Below are positions 1 to 10,005 of a stretch of 64,000 nt of DNA, piece after piece. The stretch covers positions 1,472,001 through 1,536,000 of the forward strand of contig OZ223236.1 in assembly GCA_965140445.1 (NCBI GenBank), written 5' to 3'. Numbering within the stretch: the stretch's first letter is position 1; each line of letters opens with the position of its first letter. The DNA comes from Candidatus Ozemobacteraceae bacterium. Its GTDB lineage: Bacteria > Muiribacteriota > Ozemobacteria > Ozemobacterales > Ozemobacteraceae. The notes beneath the pieces are model-generated. The model saw only the letters and a list, made by a program, of their open reading frames with translations. It did no database searches and had not been told where the DNA came from. A program made the translations under genes and the position numbers.

Positions 1-901
1 TTTCGACCTGAGAAAGCTGTAAGGCTATGGCGGAAATATCCGTTTTACAGATAACATCAGCCGTTCTGCTCATTTCAGGAACAGATTTTCCCAGATTTAA
101 GAAAACAGCAATCTCTCCAATAAGGCTGCCAGGAGCATCAATAACAATGTTGGAATTTTGACCACCAATAACCACTTCGGCAATACCCTCAGTCAAAATA
201 TAAAGGCGATCTCCGGGGGTTCCTTTTTTGCAAAGCAGCGTTCCTGCTTTAAAATTTTGAACCTTAACCGAGTTGCTCGGGAAGTTTACCACACTACAGG
301 TAACCGATGAATCGGCTGTTTTAGGTAATGAAGGTTGTGTGGAAATCTCATGAGCCAGTTTAAAAGCTTCATGAGTAACAGCTGACTCGATGTCTGAATC
401 TTTACGTGATGGCCCTACTATAGCTTTTAACTCATTAACCAGCGCAAGATAATCTCTTGCTGTAGATTTGAGAAAAATATCAATGTCGCATTCTTCTCTG
501 GCTATTTTGGATAAATATGAGAAAAATTGCTTGAGAAAACGGGCAAAAGAAACGCAGGTTTTAACACCAATTTTGGGGCTTTCTTCAAATACTGACTTTA
601 TATTGTCAGGGTTCGTAGCTGGAACCGCATAAACAGATGATTCATCCAGAGCAAAAACCGAAAAAGGCTGTGGTTGCCCCATCAAGGCTTCTATTTCACC
701 AAAAAGCTCCTGATGAGATACTACGCCAAGCAGCTCAGCTGTAGAAAGCATTCTCTTTACGTCACTTTTATCAACAGGCTTATTTGAGCGAACCTTAGCA
801 AATCTTCCCGAAAGCACTTTGAAGTAATCAGGAATCTTCTGACCCTGGAGAAAAACAGGTTCTCCAGGCATATATACTTGTGATTGGACTTCTGGACTCA
901 T
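1..901 (-). CDS. Cyclic-nucleotide-binding (cNMP) domain protein with at least two cNMP domains; 3' end runs off the window
   Basis: Not in the ORF track; translated by hand from ATG at 901 (GAGGTG SD upstream): MSPEVQSQVYMPGEPVFLQGQKIPDYFKVLSG...ELFGEIEAL..., with a second domain FKAGTLLCKKGTPGDRLYILTEG...LIGEIAVF...SRTADV. Confidence 0.8.
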   Translation of the reverse strand, partial: MSPEVQSQVYMPGEPVFLQGQKIPDYFKVLSGRFAKVRSNKPVDKSDVKRMLSTAELLGVVSHQELFGEIEALMGQPQPFSVFALDESSVYAVPATNPDNIKSVFEESPKIGVKTCVSFARFLKQFFSYLSKIAREECDIDIFLKSTARDYLALVNELKAIVGPSRKDSDIESAVTHEAFKLAHEISTQPSLPKTADSSVTCSVVNFPSNSVKVQNFKAGTLLCKKGTPGDRLYILTEGIAEVVIGGQNSNIVIDAPGSLIGEIAVFLNLGKSVPEMSRTADVICKTDISAIALQLSQVE

Positions 902-1097
902 TTGTACACCTCTATTTTTTGCCAGAAATTTTACTCTTTTTTAAGAGCAAACAATTGTCTTTGCTGTTATTCATTAGCCATTCCCTTGAACCCATTTCCT
1001 CTTTATCTCTGTACAGCAAAAACAATTGTGGTAATTATACACACTTTTTTTGGAAAAGGTAAGTCTTTTTTGAAAAAAATGCTGCTTTGCGGAAAAT

Positions 1098-2924
1098 TTA
1101 TTCCTTCAAAATCCACTTGGCTTGATTTAATGCAGGGTTGGCACGCCTGAGAATTTCTTCAGGCTCCACTTCTGATATTTCGCTTTCGGTAAAATATATA
1201 TTTTCGTCATACATTGCCTTTAGCTCCAAATTGAAGTTGGCATTTTCTTCGTCCTTACTTATATAAACAATTTCATGGGCGTCTAAAAATCCTTCAGCAA
1301 AGCAAGACAGCTGATGATAACCTGGCTTTAAGCCCGTGAATGCAAAGGTTCCATCAATCTCTGATTTCAAAGATGAATCACCAATCTTAATGGTTGCTTT
1401 TGCTACTGGAATTCCTGAATTCAAGCTAACTACTCTTCCAGAAAACTTCAGCAATAATGGCTTGAGAGAGATTGTAAGTGGCTCTTTTCTGTATCTAATC
1501 CTGTGCTTGAGTCTTAGAGGTCTGTAGCCCTCGCAGTATGTTGTTATTTCAAAAGCCTGGTTGTGTTTTCCTGAGTAAAAGAATTCACCCTTTTCATTGG
1601 TTATAAGGTTTTTTCCTGAGAATACGACAATTGCACCATTTATAGGTTCTCCGGTGATCGAGTTAATGACCTTACCGGATAATTTTCTCTCAAAAACCCT
1701 GGGCTCTGATGCTTCTGTGGTTTCTGCTATTTCTGATTTTTTTTCTGTTGTTTCTTCATTCTGGAAGCTGGTCGGCATAGCTTCTTTCTGACTCGGCAAT
1801 GATTTAGGCCTGAGGTTGTCTTCAGGTATTTCCGATTTTAAAATTTCACTGGAGTTGTTATTGTCAGAACACTGTGTTGAATCTTTTCTTGAATAGATGG
1901 GCACTGAAAATCTTTTTCTTCTGTTTTCATGTTGCACTGTTTTTACCGGGGCAGAATAGGGCGCTTTTGCAAGTCGCTTTCTTTTAATCTCTGCGAGCTT
2001 TTCTTTTAATCTGATTCTTGCATTGCTCGTATATCCAGAGTTAACGGGAACTCTTCCTGCAAATGAGTCCTTGGTGAAATTTGCGTAATTCCTTTTTAGC
2101 TTTATAAGATTAAGCGATGGTAAGCCCATTTCCAGGATTATCTGCCTGGATTCAAGAAAAATAGGATGCCTGAAAGATATTTTAAAAACAGATGAGGGTG
2201 ATGCTTTTAAGGTAATCATTCCATCACTATTTAGCTTTTCCCAGTTTTCGCCATCTAATGTGTATTTCCATCCAACTAGCTGGATATCTCTTAGTGCACC
2301 TTTGGTTTTAACATATAGGTTTTTGCCGTCAAAAATGCTGATAATCATGTTTGAACCAAAGTAATTGATAAGCTGTGCAGAGATTGCTTTTAACTCAGAC
2401 TTCGTCATGTTTGCATCAGGAAAAAGCGAAGTTTCTTTGTAAAATTGTAATCCGCCTGTTCCAGCAAGTTTTTTTAGAGTTTGATTCAGCCAATGTTGAG
2501 GAGAAATATCCTTAAACTGGTGTTCGCATTCGATTAGAACGGGCTTTCTTTGCATGTCATCCATTGTTTGGTTCATTAGTTTGCCAAGATAATAAAGCCC
2601 TTCGCCTCTTGAAATTACTTCATTCATTCTCCATGTACCATTTGGAAGGCTTTTTATTATTCCTGCTGAGACAACAGATTCTATTTCTTCAGGTAGGTCG
2701 TCCGAAGGAAAGAACAGATCCCGAACCTTATCAGTGTTTTTTAAAACAGGTTTTAAAACTTTCTGAACTCTTGCCATTTCTGTTATTAAAGCGCGTCTTG
2801 TCACCAAATCAGAGTTTTGGAGAGCTTTGCTTTCACTTATAAAACCAGTTAAAACCGCAGTCAGGAATAAAACTGCGGTTGCAAATATCAGGCTTTTTTT
2901 TGAGAGATTTATACTATTTTTCAT
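1098..2924 (-). CDS. Exported SLH-domain protein with C-terminal carboxypeptidase-regulatory-like (prealbumin-fold) domains
   Basis: Signal peptide; SLH-like motifs (GIIKSLPNGTWRMNEVISRGE; FKDISPQHW...LFPDANMTKSE); two LSGKVINSITGEPINGAIV / FSGRVVSLNSGIPVAKATI modules; ATGA overlap with the secretin stop. Confidence 0.7.
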   Translation of the reverse strand: MKNSINLSKKSLIFATAVLFLTAVLTGFISESKALQNSDLVTRRALITEMARVQKVLKPVLKNTDKVRDLFFPSDDLPEEIESVVSAGIIKSLPNGTWRMNEVISRGEGLYYLGKLMNQTMDDMQRKPVLIECEHQFKDISPQHWLNQTLKKLAGTGGLQFYKETSLFPDANMTKSELKAISAQLINYFGSNMIISIFDGKNLYVKTKGALRDIQLVGWKYTLDGENWEKLNSDGMITLKASPSSVFKISFRHPIFLESRQIILEMGLPSLNLIKLKRNYANFTKDSFAGRVPVNSGYTSNARIRLKEKLAEIKRKRLAKAPYSAPVKTVQHENRRKRFSVPIYSRKDSTQCSDNNNSSEILKSEIPEDNLRPKSLPSQKEAMPTSFQNEETTEKKSEIAETTEASEPRVFERKLSGKVINSITGEPINGAIVVFSGKNLITNEKGEFFYSGKHNQAFEITTYCEGYRPLRLKHRIRYRKEPLTISLKPLLLKFSGRVVSLNSGIPVAKATIKIGDSSLKSEIDGTFAFTGLKPGYHQLSCFAEGFLDAHEIVYISKDEENANFNLELKAMYDENIYFTESEISEVEPEEILRRANPALNQAKWILKE

Positions 2925-5122
2925 CTTTTTGTATTAACAAATTCAGTTGATTTATCTGAAATTGTTATTCCCTCTGTCCCAACAACTGATGGAGTTATCA
3001 AGACGACCATTTCTGTGCTTTCATCGGAATCAGAATTATGTTCGACCGGGCGAAATAGTCTTCTTAGGAATGGAATTCGATTTAGCAAAGGAACAGGACG
3101 CTTGGTTTTGTCCTTTTTACTTCTAATTAAGCCACCTATAACAACTGTTTCATTGTTTTTTACTCTTACTTTTGTTTTTATTAGTCGTTTGGCTGTCCAT
3201 GGATGACCTTCCACAAATTGCACCAGCTCAGTTAAATCGATATCAACATTCATGGTGATTTCATTGTCTTTGTGGATAAATGGCTGAACGCTTAGTTTTA
3301 TACCAATGTCGGTGGTTGTCCAATTTTCGCTGGACCTTGCGGCAAGTGAAGAAGAGGCAACTGGCAAATACTCGGTAGTAGTATTTTTTACTGGAATTTG
3401 CTCTGAAATATCGATTGTTGCTTCCTCTTTGTCCATACATCTTAGTGTTGGGTTAGCAAGAGTTTTGGCTTTTGAATTTTCCTTAAAACCTGTGAAGGTT
3501 GCGGGAATGATAGCTTGTGCTTTAGTCAGGTCACCAATATCGGAGGTTTGAGCCAGTGTATTGGGAAATGTGATTCCTAACTCTGCCAGATCTTTACGAT
3601 GTATTTCAATTAGTCGAATTTTAATCAACGCTTGTTTGGTGACTGGTCTGTCCAGTTCTTTGAGTAGTCTTAGAACTCTATTTATGGAACTTTCTGAACC
3701 GTGAATCACCAGTCTGTCTGTTCTCTTGTCAGGAACTATTTTTACATTTTCAGTTTTGCCAAGAGATTCAGTTATCAAGGTAATTAGTTCTTCTGGTTTT
3801 GTGTTTACAGGATGAAAAATCGCTCTGCTTGTTCCTTCTCCAGCAGTTTTTAATTTTTTACCAATGCTTTGGATCGTTGTTTGTACCAAATCAACAGCTT
3901 CTTTATCACCAATTAATACCAGGTTTCCAAGGTCCTCCTGAACTACCAGTCTCTTCGAAAGGGCTTCAGGGATAACCTCTTTTGCAAATGCTTTTAGGGT
4001 TTCAATTGGAACTTCTGATGAAATAACTCTGACCACTTTTCCAGCCATTTCTCTTGAACGCTGTGCAGTCATGATAATCATGGTCTTGTTATCAACTGGT
4101 TTGAAAACAAGGTTGTTTACTTTCAAGATTGTTTCAAAGGCACGTCTTATTGTCATTTTCTGCAAATACATTTGTACCGGTTTGTCTTTGCTTTCCAGAA
4201 GTGAATCATCCAGGACAATATTGAATTCTGCAATTTGCCCTAATGCGCGTAAAACATCTCCCAAAGCAAGTTTGCTTAGGTCTACACCTTCGACCATGTC
4301 GGAGTCAGGAAGCTTCAAAAGCGGATTCTCGGTTTTTGAAATCCAGATATCTCCATCTTCTTCTGTTATTGCTAATTCTAGCTTTTCTGCTATCTGCATT
4401 AATGCTTCCATGGGAGCGGCGGCATTTATATCAAGCTCAACGTTATTTGGGATAATATCTCTGAAGTGAACTGATTTACCCATCTGGCGAGTGAGTTCTA
4501 TGAACAGATTTCTAGGGTCAGCGTTTTTTACACTAATATTTAGAGGTTCACCAGACTTTTCGTCTGAAACAGATTTTGGATCAAATCTATTGGAATGGTT
4601 CTTTTTTACCTTATCTGGTGGAATTAAAGTATAAGATCTATTTTGATTTGATTCATTGTCTGGGTCTTTGAAACTTACTTCAAGTGACGATTCCAGATAT
4701 CTTACTCTTGGAGTTAATGGTTTTCTTAAAAAGAAAGTCGCTCTTATGACTGGTGGTTCCACAGAAACCTGGTTTAATCTGACCATTTTGGCAGGGCCAC
4801 CCGGAAAATTCATCAAAAAAGGGCTGGTATCTATTTTTCCGCCCAAAATATCTACAAAAAACAATGGAATTGCTTTTTCACGAGAAACTTCGGCCTTAAC
4901 CTTGCCGTCAAAACTCATTAAAAATTTTCCATGCCTGGCAACACTATTGCTGGACTTTATTCCCGGAACAAAATCCATGCGTAAAAAACGTCCTGGTTCT
5001 GAAAATCGCCCCAAGGCCTTTCCATAAAGCAAGACAGACGAAACTATAGCTACCATTACTATGGCAAAATTTCGTAGTGACACCAGTTTTTTCAGGCTAT
5101 TTTGAATTTTAAACAATTTCAC
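2921..5122 (-). CDS. Secretin (PilQ/GspD family) with an N-terminal AMIN-like domain
   Basis: C-terminal secretin motifs (LANPTLRCMDKEEATIDISEQIPV; VKNNETVVIGGLI; VPLLNRIPFLRRLF; EMVVLITPSVV) and an N3-like segment IVPDKRTDRLVIHGS. Confidence 0.92.
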   Translation of the reverse strand: MKLFKIQNSLKKLVSLRNFAIVMVAIVSSVLLYGKALGRFSEPGRFLRMDFVPGIKSSNSVARHGKFLMSFDGKVKAEVSREKAIPLFFVDILGGKIDTSPFLMNFPGGPAKMVRLNQVSVEPPVIRATFFLRKPLTPRVRYLESSLEVSFKDPDNESNQNRSYTLIPPDKVKKNHSNRFDPKSVSDEKSGEPLNISVKNADPRNLFIELTRQMGKSVHFRDIIPNNVELDINAAAPMEALMQIAEKLELAITEEDGDIWISKTENPLLKLPDSDMVEGVDLSKLALGDVLRALGQIAEFNIVLDDSLLESKDKPVQMYLQKMTIRRAFETILKVNNLVFKPVDNKTMIIMTAQRSREMAGKVVRVISSEVPIETLKAFAKEVIPEALSKRLVVQEDLGNLVLIGDKEAVDLVQTTIQSIGKKLKTAGEGTSRAIFHPVNTKPEELITLITESLGKTENVKIVPDKRTDRLVIHGSESSINRVLRLLKELDRPVTKQALIKIRLIEIHRKDLAELGITFPNTLAQTSDIGDLTKAQAIIPATFTGFKENSKAKTLANPTLRCMDKEEATIDISEQIPVKNTTTEYLPVASSSLAARSSENWTTTDIGIKLSVQPFIHKDNEITMNVDIDLTELVQFVEGHPWTAKRLIKTKVRVKNNETVVIGGLIRSKKDKTKRPVPLLNRIPFLRRLFRPVEHNSDSDESTEMVVLITPSVVGTEGITISDKSTEFVNTKR

Positions 5123-5158
5123 TCTTCTTTATTCGGCTTCTGTTTAAGTTTTTTAAAG

Positions 5159-5185
5159 TAATAATTTTATTTCTCATGCCGATAT
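5159..5185 (+). promoter_or_regulatory. Putative sigma28/sigmaD-like promoter for the gspE/pilB operon
   Basis: TAAT-N15-GCCGATAT, compared with the sigmaD consensus TAAA-N15-GCCGATAT. Confidence 0.4.
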
Positions 5186-5237
5186 TTACAGTGGGTATAT
5201 ATATGCCAGAATTTTGTGAACTTAATATTGAGGAAAA

Positions 5238-6977
5238 ATGGCCAGATTAATATCTACAAAAACTTTGAAACGCCCTTTGGAATTAGTTCTTGAGGAAAAA
5301 GGAATTATAAATTCCGATGAAGCCGCCAAGTTTGCGGCTGCATCGATAGAGCAGGGCATTTCGCTTGAGGAGTTGCTTGTTAAACAAGCTGGCTATGATG
5401 CAAATATAATTTATTCAGCTCTGGCTGATTCCTATGGGCATCCTTTTACAAATGAATTTGTATCCCTTTCTGACGATGAAATTCCAGATCGGGTTCTAGC
5501 GGTTTGTCAAAAAGAGAAATTCCTGGTTTCTGCTCTGGAAGGAAAAAATATTGTCCTTATTACTTCAGATCCTTCTAAAATTCAAAATGTTGAACCATTA
5601 ATTGAAGCGCTTGGATACGAAGCGCAATTTAAAATTACTGTTCCAGCCAAAACCGAAATCCTGAAAAAGAATTTTGCTAAAGAAACTTCTTTTCACCAGG
5701 AACTATTTTCGGGCGTAAGTACACTTGCATGGACTCTTAGAGAGGCTGAGGGGGAGGGAAGTCGTGATGCTGATCGGACTCACGACATAAGCTCTGAAAT
5801 TGAAAGCTCTTCAGTTGTAGAACTGGTTAATAAGACACTTCTATTGGCTGTTCATCAGCGAGCAAGTGATATTCACGTTGAAACAACTCAAACTGGGGCA
5901 AGAGTAAGGTTTAGGATTGATGGCGTTTTAGCAGATCGTTTTGATCTTGATGTAACCACTGCTTCAGCTTTTGTTTCAAGACTTCTGATCATGTCTGAGC
6001 TTGATATTACCGAACGTGTAATGCCTCAAGACGGAAGCTTTAAGGTTACCTGCAACGGAGCTGATGTTGAATTCAGGTTTGCATGCATGCCCGGAGTTTT
6101 TGGGCAGAATATAGTTTTGAGACTTCTTTCGGGGTCTGATAGCAAAAGTCTTAACCTCGAAGGCCTTGGTATGCTTGATGATGAGCTAAGTTTGATCACG
6201 TCCGCCACCCATTTCCCCCATGGAATGATACTTGTAGCAGGTCCGACCGGTAGCGGTAAGTCCACGACTCTTTATGGCTTGCTTGAAACCATGGCTGACC
6301 CTCGTATGAAATTTATTACAATTGAGGACCCGGTTGAACGAAGAATTCCAGGAGTTCAGCAGGTGCAGGTTAGAATTAACCGAAACGAACCAGAGCGCTC
6401 ATTAACATTTGCAAGAGGTTTGAGAACTATTCTTCGACTCGATCCAGATGTAATTATGGTGGGGGAAATCCGCGATGCGGATACTGCGGAAATCTCAGTT
6501 CAGGCCAGTTTGACAGGCCATCTGGTTCTCTCTACCGTCCATGCAAACTCATCTTTGGAAACTTTGCATAGATTGCAAAACATTGGCGTTGATTTCCATC
6601 TTTTGATGAGCTCTTTGAACCTTATTTTTTCACAACGTCTTTTAAGAAGATTGTGCCCGTCTTGTAAATCATCCAGACCCTTAGAAAGCCATGAAAAGCA
6701 GATTTTTAAAGAGTTGGCTATTGGCCAGATCTGTAGTCCCCAAGGTTGTCCTGAATGCCTTGATAGCGGGTATCGTGGCCGATCAGGTATTTTTGAATTT
6801 CTGCCTATAACGGAAGCGGTCAGAGACTCTATATCTCAGAGTGGATTAAATGAAAGCTTGAATGAAATAAGAAAAAACAGATTAAGAACTCTTTATGAAT
6901 CAGCACTTCTCAAAGTAGCAAGAGGTGAAACTGATCTTGAAGAAGTTGAAAGAGTTTGCGGACCATGTCGGTTTTAA
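5238..6977 (+). CDS. gspE: GspE/PilB-family assembly ATPase
   Basis: Walker A GPTGSGKST, Asp box TIEDPVE, Walker B LDPDVIMVGEIRD, His box TGHLVLSTVHAN, tetracysteine CPSC...CPEC; could equally be named pilB. Confidence 0.93.
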   Translation: MARLISTKTLKRPLELVLEEKGIINSDEAAKFAAASIEQGISLEELLVKQAGYDANIIYSALADSYGHPFTNEFVSLSDDEIPDRVLAVCQKEKFLVSALEGKNIVLITSDPSKIQNVEPLIEALGYEAQFKITVPAKTEILKKNFAKETSFHQELFSGVSTLAWTLREAEGEGSRDADRTHDISSEIESSSVVELVNKTLLLAVHQRASDIHVETTQTGARVRFRIDGVLADRFDLDVTTASAFVSRLLIMSELDITERVMPQDGSFKVTCNGADVEFRFACMPGVFGQNIVLRLLSGSDSKSLNLEGLGMLDDELSLITSATHFPHGMILVAGPTGSGKSTTLYGLLETMADPRMKFITIEDPVERRIPGVQQVQVRINRNEPERSLTFARGLRTILRLDPDVIMVGEIRDADTAEISVQASLTGHLVLSTVHANSSLETLHRLQNIGVDFHLLMSSLNLIFSQRLLRRLCPSCKSSRPLESHEKQIFKELAIGQICSPQGCPECLDSGYRGRSGIFEFLPITEAVRDSISQSGLNESLNEIRKNRLRTLYESALLKVARGETDLEEVERVCGPCRF

Positions 6978-8095
6978 AAAACATAACTGAATGGCTTCTT
7001 GCTAAGACCCAGCCCAACATCCTTGAGCTGGGGACTCATAGTTTTAGAAAAGCCATCGGAAAATATTCTGCCGAAGGGTTCAAGATTACCGAATTAAAAT
7101 CTGTTCCTGCCCCCGGAGATCTGGTTTTTTCAAGTCAGATTGGTGAACTTGCATTTGAGCATGATAGTTTTAAAAATACTTTGTCAGAGCTGTTTGAGGC
7201 TAATCAATTTAAGGAAAAACATGTTTCTGTTGTTATTCCAGATCAGGCTTTTCATCTTGGAACCTTTTTTGTTCCTACAGTTGCTTTAAAGACTGGTTTT
7301 CAACCATTGCTCGAAAGAGAAATTCAAAAAACTTCAGCCTTGTCGTTTAATGAATATGAAACCAGATATGAGTTTGGAAGAAAACAGGGCAATAAAACCA
7401 GCATTCATTTTTGTGCTTTACCAACCGGAACCTTACGTGAGATTAAGTCTTTATGTGATAGCGCTGGTTTGATTCCATTGTCTGTTCAACCTTCATTTGT
7501 TGGAGTAGCAAGTTTATATCGAAAACAATTGGGAAACTCCCATCATAACGTTACTTTGATTCATATTGGAAACGAAACCTCTACTGCAGTTATTCTCAAC
7601 AAAGACGGAATTAAGCAGATTCAGATTATAGATATTGGAATGTTAAATTTTAAAACTACTCTTGTAGAGTCTCTATCTATAAGCATGGAAGAAGCTGAAA
7701 GAATAATAGAAAATGATATTGTTCTTCTTGATGACCCAACCTCTGAGGCACAGTTTGAAATTGATGCTTACAGAGCGCTGGAGACACTATTTGCAGATTT
7801 CCTTAAGAAAATATATGGATTCATGCTTCTTTATTCAAACGAGAATCCAAAAGAAGTTGGATTTGCCAAAATTGTTTTATCCGGCGGAGGGGCAAAGTTT
7901 AAAAACATTGGGAAGCTTGTTTTCGCAAACCTCGGTATTTCAACCGCTCTTTTTGCTGATGAGATTGCCAATTCTATTCTTGATGCGTCATTTCCAGAAG
8001 GCAACTGTGCAAATAGTTTTTCAGGAGTCCTTGGAAATATTCAGTTGGAGCCCTGGCAGGTTAAGACTTACGAAAGGATTGTAGCTGCAGCATGA
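6965..8095 (+). CDS. pilM: PilM-like (actin/FtsA-fold) alignment protein
   Basis: ILELGTHS, LIHIGNETS and IVLSGGGAK motifs; follows the ATPase; ATG at 6965 preferred over TTG at 6956. Confidence 0.7.
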   Translation: MSVLKNITEWLLAKTQPNILELGTHSFRKAIGKYSAEGFKITELKSVPAPGDLVFSSQIGELAFEHDSFKNTLSELFEANQFKEKHVSVVIPDQAFHLGTFFVPTVALKTGFQPLLEREIQKTSALSFNEYETRYEFGRKQGNKTSIHFCALPTGTLREIKSLCDSAGLIPLSVQPSFVGVASLYRKQLGNSHHNVTLIHIGNETSTAVILNKDGIKQIQIIDIGMLNFKTTLVESLSISMEEAERIIENDIVLLDDPTSEAQFEIDAYRALETLFADFLKKIYGFMLLYSNENPKEVGFAKIVLSGGGAKFKNIGKLVFANLGISTALFADEIANSILDASFPEGNCANSFSGVLGNIQLEPWQVKTYERIVAAA

Positions 8096-8673
8096 CCACA
8101 AGCTTTGAGTTCATTAAAAGAGATGAAAGACGAATCGCTATTCCCAGACCCGCGATTATTGTATTCCTCTCTTCTGTATTAATTTTTGTGGTAATGAATC
8201 TGAGCATGCGCTGGTATTCTAGCAATCTGCAAAAAGAATTTCAAAAAAAATCCCACGAAGTAAAGAATTTAGCCATGGAATTTTTGGCAAAAGGCAATGC
8301 TAAGATGCCAGATTCGGTGATTTTTGATCGTTTAAGTGACGATACGCTTAAACATAATAAAAATATGGGTGGAATCAGAAGTGCCTGGACAACTTTCTTC
8401 AATAAACTTGAAGCTATTATGCCAGAAGATTCGATTGTGATTGAAATTCTAAATTCAAGAACAGATAAGCCATCATTTGATGCGGATGATAGATCATTTA
8501 AAGTGTTGATCGCAGTAAAAAATAAAGAAACTGCAAACTCTATTTATAGGGCTTTATCAAGTAAGCGTGAATTTGAGTCATTGAGTTTTACCCCTAAAGG
8601 GGAAGTTTTCTATCAGGGCCGAAACTGTTTGAGTATCGAATTAGCGTTTAGGTATAACGAAAAAAATGGATAA
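8092..8673 (+). CDS. PilN-like bitopic membrane protein
   Basis: N-terminal TM helix, coiled coil, WTTFFNKLEAIMPEDSIV motif; synteny after pilM. Confidence 0.6.
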   Translation: MTTSFEFIKRDERRIAIPRPAIIVFLSSVLIFVVMNLSMRWYSSNLQKEFQKKSHEVKNLAMEFLAKGNAKMPDSVIFDRLSDDTLKHNKNMGGIRSAWTTFFNKLEAIMPEDSIVIEILNSRTDKPSFDADDRSFKVLIAVKNKETANSIYRALSSKREFESLSFTPKGEVFYQGRNCLSIELAFRYNEKNG

Positions 8674-9229
8674 AGGCACAAAAGCAATAACTCTATTTCT
8701 GTGTTCCTGGATTGGAGCTATTTTGCTCCTTTTCGCTGGAGCTATAAGACTCCCTTCATTTTTAGCTGAGAGAACCAGGTTGCTAAGTCTTAAACAGAAA
8801 TTATCTGATAGACAAACCCTTGAAAATATTATGAATGGGTATTTAAAAAAGCTTTCTCAGGATATTGAATCAGTAAATTCTGAACTTGAAAAACGAAGAA
8901 CTAAAATTGATGAAGCAAATTTTAAGTGCCTTCCAAATTCAAGAATCTCAAGTTTTCTTGATGAACTTCAAAAGGTTTTTACCAGCCCGGGAGTTTCTTT
9001 GGTAGATCTAGGATATAAAGCCAGACTAAAAGATGATGGCTTTGTAAAGCTTCCTTTTGAAGCTAGAACTAGATGCTCTTATCAGGGGCTTAGGCGATTA
9101 ATACACGCTCTGGAAACAAATGGGGCGGGAATTAAAATTGAAAAGTTAGAGTTTCTAAGTCTGGATGACGAAGAGCATCAGATTCAGTTAAAAATGAATT
9201 GCTCTGTAAGGTTTGAAATAGTTGGCTGA
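8666..9229 (+). CDS. PilO/GspM-like protein
   Basis: TM plus coiled coil; LPNSRISSFLDEL...LPFEARTRCSYQGLRRLIHALE resembles the PilO core. Confidence 0.7.
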   Translation: MDKGTKAITLFLCSWIGAILLLFAGAIRLPSFLAERTRLLSLKQKLSDRQTLENIMNGYLKKLSQDIESVNSELEKRRTKIDEANFKCLPNSRISSFLDELQKVFTSPGVSLVDLGYKARLKDDGFVKLPFEARTRCSYQGLRRLIHALETNGAGIKIEKLEFLSLDDEEHQIQLKMNCSVRFEIVG

Positions 9230-9980
9230 AAAAGAACAAAAGAATAAAAGAATGATTGCAGGCGTTGCTTTTCTGGCAGTGCTTGTTTTTGCCAACCTTT
9301 TTGTGCATGGTCGCAGGGCTTTAAATAAAAAAACTCCTGTAACGCAAAGCCAAAGTGGTGCCAGTCAGAATACAAATCAGGTATCTGCAGTAACTCCTGT
9401 TGATAAACCTGTTGAAAATAGTCAGTTACCAGCGATTAATATTCTTGAAATTCCAGATGACCCGGAACTGGATATTAAAAATAAAATTAAATTTCTTGAT
9501 GAACAATTTGCTAAAATCAAGGCCAGACTGAATGAGATTCCTGAACCGGTATCTCCACCGGACATAAGTGTAGATCTGATTCTGGCAAGAAAAGATCTTT
9601 TCAAATGGGAGAATCTTCCGGAGGGGAATACTGTTTCAGAAAATCCCATTGCTGCACGCCCCGTTGCGACTTCAACTGTGCCATTACAGCTGTTAGGTGA
9701 ATTCACTGCAAGTGGTAAAAAGAAACTGCTGGTAAAAGATGAATCCAGGGTATTTCTTGTGGTGGAGAATGAAGAACCTGACGATGATAAAATCCAATTG
9801 GTTTCATATTCCGGAAATGAGTTTTCAATTCGTGACATTAATGGAAAGACACATATAATTAGAAGCGAAAGAGCCGAAAAAGATCGGTTGAATAAAATTG
9901 TTCGTTTGCTTAAAAAGGGAAACTTTCAATCCAGTTACCAGATAAATGAAATGCCCGAAAAGTCTGAGTCAGAAAAATAG
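9222..9980 (+). CDS. Bitopic protein in the PilP/GspC position
   Basis: N-terminal TM helix, Pro-rich linker, C-terminal beta-rich segment (LQLLGEFTASGKKKLLV); synteny only. Confidence 0.45.
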   Translation: MAEKEQKNKRMIAGVAFLAVLVFANLFVHGRRALNKKTPVTQSQSGASQNTNQVSAVTPVDKPVENSQLPAINILEIPDDPELDIKNKIKFLDEQFAKIKARLNEIPEPVSPPDISVDLILARKDLFKWENLPEGNTVSENPIAARPVATSTVPLQLLGEFTASGKKKLLVKDESRVFLVVENEEPDDDKIQLVSYSGNEFSIRDINGKTHIIRSERAEKDRLNKIVRLLKKGNFQSSYQINEMPEKSESEK

Positions 9981-10005
9981 GCTTTAGGTAGGATGTTGCT
10001 TTCTT

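Noticed and set aside
880..1150. Short plus-strand ORFs 880..1062 and 884..1150
   Set aside because: AT-rich intergenic sequence overlapping real minus-strand genes; no protein-like features
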